A stretch of DNA of 64,000 nt. It comes from a virus. The position numbers were made by a program, and so were the translations under genes. Location of the stretch: IMG/VR virus record IMGVR_UViG_3300035146_000010, one strand, 5' to 3'. Shown here piece after piece: positions 25,033 through 34,776 of the stretch; the stretch's first letter is position 1; each line of letters opens with the position of its first letter. Below the pieces are notes generated by a model that saw only the letters and a list, made by a program, of their open reading frames with translations, was not told where the DNA came from and made no database searches.

Positions 25033-25394
25033 CATTGATTTCCGGCACACAAATGTATAATTATTCTGTTGGAAAATATGTTGAGGGAGAATGGACGGAA
25101 AGTCCGGCAGAGCCTGGAACATTTAATGGAAGTATTCAACCATTAAATTATAAAGAACTCAATGCATTACAAATAGGCCGGGAAGATAAGGGAAAAATAA
25201 AAATATATTCTGATATTGAATTGCCGATAGGAAGTGAAATAGAAGTTGGACAAGAAGAAATGGAAAAAACAAGTGGAGCAATAATTACCTGGCAAGGAAA
25301 ATTATGGGAAGTAATAAAACAGGTTTCATATCAAATGGGGATTATTTCTCACTATAAATTTATAGCAGAATATCGCGGACCAGTGGAAACATAA
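25029..25394 (+). CDS. Neck/tail-completion protein candidate
   Basis: Position only. Confidence 0.35.
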   Translation: MTLISGTQMYNYSVGKYVEGEWTESPAEPGTFNGSIQPLNYKELNALQIGREDKGKIKIYSDIELPIGSEIEVGQEEMEKTSGAIITWQGKLWEVIKQVSYQMGIISHYKFIAEYRGPVET

Positions 25395-25403
25395 GGAGAT
25401 AGA

Positions 25404-25658
25404 ATGCATGAAACTAAATTACAAAAATATACGGCCTACTTGGAAACATCACTTGTTTTTCTTATTAATGAGTTATGGCTGGCGCCTGAAAAAATGGGGG
25501 CAATCGTTGCTGAATGTTCCTCAGAGGCGATCAAGGGAATATTTGGAAATAAAAATGGCCGGGGACAACTTAATAAAGACTGGTTACAGCGATTTGAAGA
25601 CGGATTCGCACAACAATTGTGTGACGAACTAAAGCAATATGCAATAAAGGAGAATTAA
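25404..25658 (+). CDS. Hypothetical protein
   Basis: 84-aa ORF with GGAG RBS. Confidence 0.45.
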   Translation: MHETKLQKYTAYLETSLVFLINELWLAPEKMGAIVAECSSEAIKGIFGNKNGRGQLNKDWLQRFEDGFAQQLCDELKQYAIKEN

Positions 25659-25659
25659 A

Positions 25660-26049
25660 ATGGCAGGATTTACAAATGCAGTTGCAGCGGCTACGCTAAA
25701 TGCTTTTATTTCTGATTTAAGTACTAATTGTTATTTGGCATTATATACTGTTGTTCCCGGAGAGGATGGAACAGGCGGAACGGAAGCGGATTATACCGGA
25801 TATGCAAGACAGCAAATAACGAATTGGAATAGCGCAACCCTTGCCGATCCGTCAGTTAAATCAAATAACGAACAAATTAATTTTCCTCAATGCACTGCAG
25901 GATCTAATACAATAGTCGGCTGGGCAATTGTAAATGCTCTTTCAGGTGGGACAGTACAATTTGTTGGTTCGTTTACAAGTAGTTTAGAAGTTAGTAACGG
26001 CATTACTCCGATTATCGGGGATGAAGATTTGGAATTAAGGCTGGATTAA
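25660..26049 (+). CDS. Hypothetical virion protein
   Basis: 129-aa ORF with AAGGAG RBS. Confidence 0.5.
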   Translation: MAGFTNAVAAATLNAFISDLSTNCYLALYTVVPGEDGTGGTEADYTGYARQQITNWNSATLADPSVKSNNEQINFPQCTAGSNTIVGWAIVNALSGGTVQFVGSFTSSLEVSNGITPIIGDEDLELRLD

Positions 26050-26059
26050 GGATAATATA

Positions 26060-27505
26060 ATGGCAGTTGTTTGGTGTAATCCTGCTAATGTAGGAACAGA
26101 GGACGGAATAACAAGGGCGACAGGTTGGGTCTACATGGCTGACGCTCTTATAGACGGAAATTTAAATACAACTGATGGCATTCGTGTAGCTGATAGTGGA
26201 GACGGTGCCGTTTTGCCTGGCACACTTGCATGGGTAGAGGGAAGTATAACAATAAACACCAGTGAAGATCTTACCGGAAGTTTGACCGCTGGTGATTTTA
26301 TCGCTAAGTCGGATTTTGATACAGACGACAATGAAACTCCGCATGAAATTGCGTCTATTACTAGTTCAGTCATAACACTCACAAAAGTGTATGTGGGCGC
26401 AACGGAAACAATAAGTGGAAATATAAAAATTTCTACGTTCGACGATTTAAACTGGTCCTTAAATGTTGCATCTATTCCGGTTAGTTGTGGATGGAAAAGC
26501 ACAGATACTACAGAGGCAACAGGCTGGACATTTTTAAGAAAAACCGGAACTAAAACTGGCACTGGAATTGATATTGCTGCAAATGGTGTGTCTTTGTATC
26601 GGGCTGGCGCATTTAGATATGACAGAAATTTAGAAGTATATGGAATATATATAATTACTATTATAAATTTTTATGCTCTTAGTGCTGCCGACGAAAGTAT
26701 GTATATACAAACAACAATAAAATCTTATTTTGAAAATATCTGGTCTTGTGGAAGTGACGACCAGGGAATATATATGGGGTATGGAATTAAAGATACAGAA
26801 TTTTTTAATGTGCATTGCCACGCAAACGATGATGGAATTTTGTTTAGCGGGAACCGACCTTATTTTTGCAGCGTTTATTGTTACTATAATACTTATGGAA
26901 TATGGTGTAATGAAAATGATTTTTTTGCAACAAACGTACATCTAAAAAATAATACGCATGGAATTGATATATTTAATTCCGGTGATCATACGTTAATAAA
27001 TGTTGAATTTGATGGAAATACTAATAATATAACTTTTGGTGGTAGTTATGATGTTAGTTCGGAGCGTCCTGGCTTAGCGATACAAAATTTTAATCTTGTT
27101 GCCGGTGATAATAGAAGCTATTTTAAAAACGGAACTATTATTGCAGAGACTACTGAGGTTAGGACAACAAACAGCAGAAAATTTGAGGCTACCTCTGCAA
27201 CGGAATACATAATAGAATGTTGTAAATATTTTCCGGTTAATTCCGGTGTTTCTGCTACATTGTCTTTTTATGCAAAAAATGACGTGAGTTTTAACGGAAA
27301 TTTTGAAGCAAGTGTCTGGTTTGAAGGAATTAAAATAACCGATTGGACAGAAAAGACATTAACAACAGATTTTGCACAATATACAATTGTTGCTAATGCT
27401 ATAGATATAGACAAAGACGGACATGTGGAATTAAGGCTGCGCGCAAGAGGAACGGCCGGAACTGTTTATCTTGCTGATGATTCTACAGACTATGGAGTAA
27501 GCTAA
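26060..27505 (+). CDS. Parallel beta-helix repeat protein (possible depolymerase or structural appendage)
   Basis: Successive ~22-aa units: IYMGYG.., ..NVHCHANDDGILFSG.., ..YNTYGIWCN.., ..NNTHGIDIFNSG.., ..VEFDGNTNNI. Confidence 0.5.
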   Translation: MAVVWCNPANVGTEDGITRATGWVYMADALIDGNLNTTDGIRVADSGDGAVLPGTLAWVEGSITINTSEDLTGSLTAGDFIAKSDFDTDDNETPHEIASITSSVITLTKVYVGATETISGNIKISTFDDLNWSLNVASIPVSCGWKSTDTTEATGWTFLRKTGTKTGTGIDIAANGVSLYRAGAFRYDRNLEVYGIYIITIINFYALSAADESMYIQTTIKSYFENIWSCGSDDQGIYMGYGIKDTEFFNVHCHANDDGILFSGNRPYFCSVYCYYNTYGIWCNENDFFATNVHLKNNTHGIDIFNSGDHTLINVEFDGNTNNITFGGSYDVSSERPGLAIQNFNLVAGDNRSYFKNGTIIAETTEVRTTNSRKFEATSATEYIIECCKYFPVNSGVSATLSFYAKNDVSFNGNFEASVWFEGIKITDWTEKTLTTDFAQYTIVANAIDIDKDGHVELRLRARGTAGTVYLADDSTDYGVS

Positions 27506-28323
27506 TGTATGTGAACGGATTATCTTTATTTATTTATGATAACAGGGCATATATTAATGGTCTTGCTCTTTTGCTATATGTTGTAGAAAGTACAAACTTA
27601 TCTGGATTTGGATTAAGTGAAAGCAACGAAGAAAGTACATTAACCGGAACAGGTAGTTTGAATGGAAATGAAACAAGTGTTTCTGATAGCCTGTCTTCTA
27701 TTTTTGCAATAGGAAATTTATTTGGATTCGGATTAAGCGAAAGTACCGCAGCAGCAAGTTTTTTGTCCGACGATTTGCCAAAAATAGAAACTTGTCAGGA
27801 ATTTTTTAAATTTTTAAGAACGTGGATAAATAAAATACTAAATGAAGACCGGGGATTGTCTGTACAAATTATTAAATCACATCAAAATGCTCCGGCATTA
27901 AAAGCGCAACATATTGTTATAGACTATAGTCCACGTAGAACAAAAACAGGTAGAGCAACAAAAACAGATCCGGCCCCGGCCCCGGAAAATCCCGGAGACA
28001 TGGAAGAGGGACTGGTCTATATAATTGAAGACTATTCTTACGTAGTAGAGTTACGTGAAGAAAATGGATGTGGAGATTATTTAAAATATATTGTTGATAG
28101 TATTGAAACGCACGATACACAGCAATTATTTTTTGAAAATAAAGTTTCTTTTTTACGGTCAGGGGATATTCAAAATGTCCCGCGACTTGATGATACGTTT
28201 TGGAAAAAACAAGCAGTTGTTGAAATTGAAATAGGTCTTCCGACATATCTTAAAGATATGGGTGAAGGTTGGATAGATGAAATTAACTACACTGCAACTA
28301 TTGGAGGTTTACAAAATGAGTAG
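27505..28323 (+). CDS. Neck/terminator-like protein with N-terminal GFGLSES repeats
   Basis: C-terminal SHQNAPALKAQHIVIDYSP..KTG segment resembles neck terminator proteins. The recall is weak. Confidence 0.35.
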   Translation: MYVNGLSLFIYDNRAYINGLALLLYVVESTNLSGFGLSESNEESTLTGTGSLNGNETSVSDSLSSIFAIGNLFGFGLSESTAAASFLSDDLPKIETCQEFFKFLRTWINKILNEDRGLSVQIIKSHQNAPALKAQHIVIDYSPRRTKTGRATKTDPAPAPENPGDMEEGLVYIIEDYSYVVELREENGCGDYLKYIVDSIETHDTQQLFFENKVSFLRSGDIQNVPRLDDTFWKKQAVVEIEIGLPTYLKDMGEGWIDEINYTATIGGLQNE

Positions 28324-29668
28324 TTTAAATAATGTCGTAAGTGTTTCTATTAGTAGAGAAACACAATCAGTCACTCAGGCAGCGTTCGGGACTCCGGGAA
28401 TAATAGCTGAATTTTCTACTACAAAAACAACAGTTGAATTTGATAGATATCGGGAATATGCTTCACTGACAGAAATGTCAGAAGATGGATGGGGCACAGA
28501 CGATGAAGTTTATCAGGCGGCTAGTTTAATTTTCAGCCAAAATCCAAAAGTAGATAAAGTAATGGTTGGTCGCAAAGATTCCGGTGATGCTGACTGGGAC
28601 GAAGCATTAACAACAATAAGTTTATCGTCTAACGACTGGTATGTTTTTTGTATTATCGCAAGTCATGCAGGAACAGTTGTTTTTGATGCTGACTTTGTCG
28701 CTTCTAATGCGATTGATTTTACAATTAATGATACAGTAGTTACTACTGTTAATTTTACTACAGATCAGGCAACCACAATGTCCGCTATTAAAGCACAAAT
28801 CGAAAGCGATGTAACCGGATCATCCGTGACAATAGATTCCAGTGACCCGGATAATCGGACTTTAATAATTGAGGTGTTTGGACAAAGTGGAGTTGATAGC
28901 GTTTCTGTTGCAGTTACCGGTGGAGTATCACAACCGGCCGCGGCGATCACTTATATAAATGAAGATGATTATAAAGAAGCGGCAGCTTGGGCAGAGACAC
29001 AAAAAAAATTATTTATTTATTGTTCAAGCTCTTCGGCTATAAAAAATCCGAGTAGTACCAGTGATATTGCCTACTTTGTAAAAAATCTCGGGTATGAACG
29101 GACAATAAGTTGTTACCATACCGATGCGCAAGGAGATGCAGATCCGGCATTTTTTGAAACAGGATGGATTGGTGAAACTCTTCCGTATGATCCTGGTTCA
29201 CAAACATGGTGCTACAAAACTATTACCGGATTGTCCCCGTATAGTTTGAAGTCTTCTGAAAGAACTGCTATACTTGCAAAAAATTGTAATATCTATACAA
29301 CAACCGGCGGTATAAATAATACCGAACAAGGAAAAGTTGCAAGCGGTGAATTTATAGATGTTATGCGGGGACTGGATTGGCTTGAAGCTAGATTACAAGA
29401 GGCTGTTTGGTCCGATCTTGCAAGTGAACGGAAAATCCCATACACTGACGAAGGCGTTACAATGGTTACCGGAACTATTCGGGGAGTATTAGAAGAGGCA
29501 GCACGGGCCGGACTTTTAGTTTTAGAAAGCATTGAAATATCTGCTCCGGCCGTTGCGGATATTCCAACAGCAAGTAGAACAGCACGAACATTACCGGACA
29601 TAAATTTTTCAGCTACTTTGCAGGGAGCAATTCACAAAGTAGAAATTGAAGGAATTGTGACAATATAA
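28316..29668 (+). CDS. Tail sheath protein (DUF3383-like) with an inserted domain
   Basis: MSSLNNVVSVSISRETQSVTQAAFGTPGII start. Followed by a DUF3277-like tube gene. Confidence 0.7.
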   Translation: MSSLNNVVSVSISRETQSVTQAAFGTPGIIAEFSTTKTTVEFDRYREYASLTEMSEDGWGTDDEVYQAASLIFSQNPKVDKVMVGRKDSGDADWDEALTTISLSSNDWYVFCIIASHAGTVVFDADFVASNAIDFTINDTVVTTVNFTTDQATTMSAIKAQIESDVTGSSVTIDSSDPDNRTLIIEVFGQSGVDSVSVAVTGGVSQPAAAITYINEDDYKEAAAWAETQKKLFIYCSSSSAIKNPSSTSDIAYFVKNLGYERTISCYHTDAQGDADPAFFETGWIGETLPYDPGSQTWCYKTITGLSPYSLKSSERTAILAKNCNIYTTTGGINNTEQGKVASGEFIDVMRGLDWLEARLQEAVWSDLASERKIPYTDEGVTMVTGTIRGVLEEAARAGLLVLESIEISAPAVADIPTASRTARTLPDINFSATLQGAIHKVEIEGIVTI

Positions 29669-29682
29669 ATGGAGGAAGAAAA

Positions 29683-30120
29683 ATGAGAGATCCACAAGTT
29701 AGAACATACGATCCCAAAAAAGTTGTAATTACTTGGGGCACAATAATTTTTACAGGATATATGTCCGGCACATTTATTACAATTGCACGTAGTGGAGATA
29801 TATTTGAAAAGGATAAGGGCAGTGACGGAACAATTGACCGTATTAACAAAAACGCGGTCGATTTTGCGGTTACCGTAACGTTAAAACAAACATCTATTAC
29901 AAATGATTTATTGTCGGCAGCAATGAAAATTGACATAGAAAGCAATACAAGTATTTACCCGCTAACTGTTGCAGACGTGGGCGGCACAACTTTATTTTTT
30001 GCCAGTCAAGCGTGGATAGGAAAAGATCCGGATGATGAACATTCTGATTCTTTAGTAGGCAGGGAATGGAGATTCGACACAGGTCCGGCAGAAAAATTCA
30101 CCGGTGGAAATATTGCGTAA
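29683..30120 (+). CDS. Tail tube protein (DUF3277-like)
   Basis: YDPKKVVITWGTIIFTGYMSGTFITIAR...GSDGTIDRINKNAVDFAVTVTLKQTSITNDLLS. Confidence 0.7.
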   Translation: MRDPQVRTYDPKKVVITWGTIIFTGYMSGTFITIARSGDIFEKDKGSDGTIDRINKNAVDFAVTVTLKQTSITNDLLSAAMKIDIESNTSIYPLTVADVGGTTLFFASQAWIGKDPDDEHSDSLVGREWRFDTGPAEKFTGGNIA

Positions 30121-30143
30121 TTTAAAAAAAGTGGAGGAACCAA

Positions 30144-30623
30144 ATGGAAGAACAAAAAGAATTAATCATTGATGGGATTAAGTTTCAGTTGTACCCGCTC
30201 AATGTAATGACTGCTCTTAAGCTGGATAAAAAGGTAGTATCTTTATTACTACCGGTTTTGTCGGGAGTGGATGATTTTGATTTAGACGCTGAAATAGATC
30301 TTGGAAAAGCCATGTCGGCGTTTAGTACCAGCCTTGCAAATATGAAAGATGAAGATTTTATTTCTTTTGTAAAAGAAATGTTGTCTACAATAGTTGTAGA
30401 AGTCCCCGGACAGGCTCCAACTCAAATTCAATCTGAGTCGGAAATAAATACAGTGTTTAAAGGATCAATTGTAACAATTTATAAATTGCTATGGGAGGTG
30501 ATGAAGTTTAACAATTTCTCCCCTTTCGTGGTGGCGGATGGTGGAACAGGAATGATTCAAACAATTATCTCAAGAAAGGCAGGTCAGCAGAAAATGCAAA
30601 GTGGAAAAGGATCGGCAAAATAG
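30144..30623 (+). CDS. Tail assembly chaperone (short form)
   Basis: Position between the tube and tape measure genes. A -1 frame stays open to 30817. Confidence 0.6.
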   Translation: MEEQKELIIDGIKFQLYPLNVMTALKLDKKVVSLLLPVLSGVDDFDLDAEIDLGKAMSAFSTSLANMKDEDFISFVKEMLSTIVVEVPGQAPTQIQSESEINTVFKGSIVTIYKLLWEVMKFNNFSPFVVADGGTGMIQTIISRKAGQQKMQSGKGSAK

Positions 30624-30817
30624 GCGATCTAACCGGGGAGTTAGAATGGGAATGGCCGGTATGGAAATTATGTTTATTAAATAATATTCCTTTATCTGAA
30701 ATAAAAAATCACTGGACCTTAAAGGATGTGCAAAAGGCTCTTGATTTTTTAGAAATGCAAAACGATTATGAAACGGCTTCCCATGCATTTTTTGAAGACA
30801 GAATAAAGAAAAAATGA
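30603..30817 (+). CDS. -1 frame extension of the tail chaperone (putative G-T-like frameshift product)
   Basis: The frame -1 relative to 30144 is open from about 30590 to the TGA at 30815-30817 (...WEWPVWKLCLLNNIPLSEIKNHWTLKDVQKALDFLEMQNDYE...). Candidate slip sites are GGAAAAG (30603) and GCAAAAT (30615). Confidence 0.45.
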
Positions 30818-32430
30818 CAGTACGGGAACTTATAAATAAAATTGGTTTTAAAGTAGACCAAGGACAGGCAAAAAAGGCAGAAAAGTCTGTCAAAAAAATG
30901 TCTACTAAAATGAAGCTTGCAATCGGTAGCGTTGTTGCCGGAGTGCTTTGGATTGGTAAATCTGCAATTAGTGCCGCAGCGGACATGGAAATGCTAACAA
31001 CACAATTTGAAGTTATGTTGGGAAGTACGGAAGCAGCGAATGATATGATGCAGCAATTAAGAAGTTTTGCTGCATCAACTCCGTTTGCGTTAGAAGATTT
31101 AGCAAAAGGCACACAAACATTATTATCATATAAAGTTAGTTCTGAAGATGTGTTAGGCGTTATGCGAATGCTTGGCGATACTGCCCAGGGAAATTCTGAA
31201 AATTTAAAAACTTTGTCTACTGCATTCGGCAGAATTACCGCTGACGGTAAAGCTACTGGAGAAACATTAAATATGATTCAGGAAAGGGGCATTGGAATTT
31301 ATTCAGAATTAGCTGAAATGAAAGGAACAACTGTTGTACAATTAAGAAAAATGGTATCGGCCGGACAAATATCTGCCGCAGATGTTAAAGCGTCGTTTGA
31401 ACGGATGACAAGTGAAGGCGGAATGTTTTTTCAAGGAATGGAAAAACAATCAAAAACATTTCTTGGACTTGTTTCTACAATGAAGGATAATTTTAAAGAC
31501 TTATTAGCTGAGGTCGGATCAGCGTTACTTCCTGTTATGAAAGAAGTTGTAGAAATTATTACAAAGCTTGTACAAGGTCCGCTTGGTGAATTAATAGCAG
31601 TAATTGTAAATAATTTAACACCTGTTTTACAAATGCTTGGACAGCTGCTAGGCCCGTTGTTTGAAGCATTAATTCCGGTTTTTATGGCATTAAATGCAGT
31701 TATTAAACCGTTTATAGAAATACTAACAGGTATATTATTACCGGTACTTCAAGCCGTTGTCCCGTTATTTCAAGTATTTTCCGAAGTGTTTTTAATAATC
31801 GGAGAGATTTTAACTCACTTAGTTCCGTTATTTCAGGCACTGGGACAAATTATATTTTTTGTTGTTAATATTGTTGTTTTGATGTTACAAGTTCTTATGC
31901 CTCTCATAGAAGTGATAGGATGGATTATAGGAATTGTTGCAGATATCTTGACACCGATATTTGCTATTTTTGCGGATCTTTTAAGCATTATATTTAGTAT
32001 TCTTGAACCGTTGATGCCTTTATTTGTTTTGTTCGGAAAAGTTTTATCCTGGGTTGCTAAAATTTTGGGAGTTCTTTTGTGGCCGATTAAAATAATTGTT
32101 GAAGGTATTAAATGGGTCGTGGATAGAATAAAAGATTTGGTTGATTGGATTATGGGGGAAGACGAAGACAAAAAGAAAAAAGAAGAAGACGAAAAAAAGA
32201 AATCTCTAAAACCAACTACTTTAAAAATGAAAGCTTCATCCTTAGCAAGTAATATGAAAGGTGGAATGAAGGGCGGAAATGTTGCAAATGTAAATATGAC
32301 AAATAATGTTGGAGTAAATGCCCAGGGAAATATTGGCAGTAAGGCCGGGGCCGAACGTGTAATGAAAGAGGCTGCTAAATCTGTATTTACAGTAGAGTTA
32401 CAAAAAATATTAATTAATTCCGGGTACTAA
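30814..32430 (+). CDS. Tail tape measure protein
   Basis: FASTPFALEDLAKGTQTLLSY...GDTAQGNSENLKTLSTAFGRITADGKATGETLNMI core, followed by a long hydrophobic helical region. Confidence 0.85.
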   Translation: MTVRELINKIGFKVDQGQAKKAEKSVKKMSTKMKLAIGSVVAGVLWIGKSAISAAADMEMLTTQFEVMLGSTEAANDMMQQLRSFAASTPFALEDLAKGTQTLLSYKVSSEDVLGVMRMLGDTAQGNSENLKTLSTAFGRITADGKATGETLNMIQERGIGIYSELAEMKGTTVVQLRKMVSAGQISAADVKASFERMTSEGGMFFQGMEKQSKTFLGLVSTMKDNFKDLLAEVGSALLPVMKEVVEIITKLVQGPLGELIAVIVNNLTPVLQMLGQLLGPLFEALIPVFMALNAVIKPFIEILTGILLPVLQAVVPLFQVFSEVFLIIGEILTHLVPLFQALGQIIFFVVNIVVLMLQVLMPLIEVIGWIIGIVADILTPIFAIFADLLSIIFSILEPLMPLFVLFGKVLSWVAKILGVLLWPIKIIVEGIKWVVDRIKDLVDWIMGEDEDKKKKEEDEKKKSLKPTTLKMKASSLASNMKGGMKGGNVANVNMTNNVGVNAQGNIGSKAGAERVMKEAAKSVFTVELQKILINSGY

Positions 32431-32987
32431 TGATGGCTGATTTGCCTTTTAATTTATTTTTTAAATATAACAGAGCTTACGGAGTAGGCAATATAAAATT
32501 TGATTTAATAATGAGCGAAGATCATAATTTTGAATCTGACGTTACGGACCACCCGGTTGAAGATGGTTCTAATATAACAGACCACATACAAAACAGACTA
32601 GAAAACGGAACGCTTACCGGAATTATTTCAAATTTTAGTATTAACACACCCGGTCTATATTCTAACAGGGCACAAGATGCATTTGATGCGTTAGTAGCTC
32701 TCTGGAAAGAAAAAACATTAGTGACAATAACTACTGTTTTACGGGTGTATGAAAATGTAGCAATTGTTAGTATTCCTATTGCACGTGATACAGATTCCGG
32801 GGAGAGCATTACTATTCAAGTTTCTTTTAAGCAAGTAAAAACAGTAAAATTACAAGAAGTTACTTTGGAATTAGATGTAAAAGTTCAGGATTTAAAAAGT
32901 AATAAAAACAGACAGGTAGCAAAAAAAACGGAAGTAGGCCGGACAACAAAACAAAATACAACGGCAAACCCGTACTGGGCAGGATAA
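32430..32987 (+). CDS. Baseplate/tail hub-proximal protein
   Basis: Position after the tape measure gene. ESDVTDHPVEDGSNITDHI motif. Confidence 0.4.
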   Translation: MMADLPFNLFFKYNRAYGVGNIKFDLIMSEDHNFESDVTDHPVEDGSNITDHIQNRLENGTLTGIISNFSINTPGLYSNRAQDAFDALVALWKEKTLVTITTVLRVYENVAIVSIPIARDTDSGESITIQVSFKQVKTVKLQEVTLELDVKVQDLKSNKNRQVAKKTEVGRTTKQNTTANPYWAG

Positions 32988-33346
32988 TGGATAATATACC
33001 GACATATCAAGACACTTCGAGCAGCTTTGAACAAGAAATTATTTTAGGCGATCGCTTGATGATTATAACATTGTTTTGGAACTCTCGAAGTGGAGCGTGG
33101 TACATGGATATAGAAGACAATGAAACCGGGGACAGCGTAAGCGGTGTAAAACTTATTCCTGATTGGCCGGTTTTAAGACAGTACCGGGCCTATATCCCGG
33201 ATTTTGACGGTGACATAATGGTAATTGCTATAGATACGGATGTGGACGAACGAATTACATATGAAAATCTAAATGACGGGTATGAACTAAACTATATAAC
33301 AGCTGAAGAACTTGAGCAATGGGAAGATTATAATGGCGTGGGATAG
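32987..33346 (+). CDS. Hypothetical baseplate-module protein
   Basis: 119-aa ORF with ATGA-type coupling. Confidence 0.45.
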   Translation: MDNIPTYQDTSSSFEQEIILGDRLMIITLFWNSRSGAWYMDIEDNETGDSVSGVKLIPDWPVLRQYRAYIPDFDGDIMVIAIDTDVDERITYENLNDGYELNYITAEELEQWEDYNGVG

Positions 33347-34190
33347 GTATACAAAAATAACAGTTACAAATGAAGGTACCGGACTGGTTATTAGTGATCT
33401 TGATATAGATTTTGATATTAACCGGTCTATAACGCTGGCAGAAAACACGGCAGAATTGACCGTATACAATGCTCAAGAAACTACCCGGAAACAGGTTTTA
33501 AAAAAAGGAGCTACTATAGTATTTGAAGCCGGATATAAAGATGAATCAGTGGCTACTATCTTTGCCGGGAGTATTACAAAAAGCAATTCGTATAAAAACG
33601 GAAATGATGTTATTACAGAAATAAAAGCAGTTGCTGGAAGGGGATCAAACATAAGTTTAAAAAATATTGATATTAGTATTTCTTATTCGGCTGGAACATT
33701 TCTGAGTAGACCTATCCGGGACATTGCAGCGCTTATGGGGCTTGTTATACACGGAATAGAAACGGCAAACATTAAACTACCTAATGGGTGGGTTTTTGCC
33801 GGAAGTGTAAATGGTGCTTTAAGATATATACATGATGTGCTTAGTTCTTCCGGTATAAATATGTATATAGATAATAATGAATTAGTGATACATAATGTTA
33901 CCGGGACAAGCCGTTTTAATATTGTTTTATTATCCTATGAAGGTGGATTATTAAAAATAGAAGATATTACGGAAGCAGAAAATCAATCATCCACTTCTAA
34001 AAATAAAAGCAAAGAAGTTAAAAAAAAATTAAAATTTGATTCTTTGTTAATATCTCAATTACAAATAAATTGTCCGGTAACATTTAGAACAGAAAATTTA
34101 AATGCTACTTATATTGTAGAAAAATTAAGATTTTTTGGAAATAATTACGGCGGTGATTTTAATTGTGAAGGTGAGGTAATAGAACAATGA
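33333..34190 (+). CDS. Baseplate hub protein (late control D / XkdQ-like)
   Basis: ITVTNEG..LVISDLDIDFDINRS...ELTVYN...GATIVFEAGY pattern. The ATG is inside the track ORF, which starts at a TTG. Confidence 0.5.
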   Translation: MAWDRYTKITVTNEGTGLVISDLDIDFDINRSITLAENTAELTVYNAQETTRKQVLKKGATIVFEAGYKDESVATIFAGSITKSNSYKNGNDVITEIKAVAGRGSNISLKNIDISISYSAGTFLSRPIRDIAALMGLVIHGIETANIKLPNGWVFAGSVNGALRYIHDVLSSSGINMYIDNNELVIHNVTGTSRFNIVLLSYEGGLLKIEDITEAENQSSTSKNKSKEVKKKLKFDSLLISQLQINCPVTFRTENLNATYIVEKLRFFGNNYGGDFNCEGEVIEQ

Positions 34191-34774
34191 TTGAAGGCAC
34201 AGTAGACATATTTGAAAAGTTTTTTAAGAGTCGCGAAGAGTGTATTCATACTTGTCTGCCGGGAAAAATAACAAGATATGATGCAGACAAAAGAAAAGCG
34301 GTTGTTAAACCACTTGTAAAAATAAAAAATAAAAACGGGGCAATAATAGAAGTCCCGGCAATAAGTGAAGTTCCGGTTATTTGTCCCGGCGGTTCAAATT
34401 TTTCTTTAACATGGGATATTAAAAATGGAGATGGTTGTTTAATTTTGTTTGCCGAAACAGGGATAGGAAATTATTTAAATAGTTCCGGGCAGGTTGTGGA
34501 AGCCGATGATATGTCCCGTTTCTCTCTTACGGATGCAATTTGCATTCCGGGATTGTTCCCGTTTTCATCTGTGCCGGACAGTAATGTAATAATTGAAAGT
34601 ACATTAAATTCAAAATTAAAAATAGAAAATAAAACAGAAAATTTAAATACATTGTTACAAGATTTAATTACAGCAATAAAAGATATAACAACTACCGGAG
34701 GGTATTCTGTAAATCCGGCCAGTCAATTATCTCTAACAAATATAGCAACCAGGATAGAAACATTATTGGAGTAA
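34187..34774 (+). CDS. Baseplate central spike (Gp138-N / gpV-like)
   Basis: CLPGKITRYDADKRKAVVKPL...VPAISEVPVICPGGSNFSLTWDIKNGDGCLILFAE. Confidence 0.6.
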   Translation: MIEGTVDIFEKFFKSREECIHTCLPGKITRYDADKRKAVVKPLVKIKNKNGAIIEVPAISEVPVICPGGSNFSLTWDIKNGDGCLILFAETGIGNYLNSSGQVVEADDMSRFSLTDAICIPGLFPFSSVPDSNVIIESTLNSKLKIENKTENLNTLLQDLITAIKDITTTGGYSVNPASQLSLTNIATRIETLLE

Positions 34775-34776
34775 TT

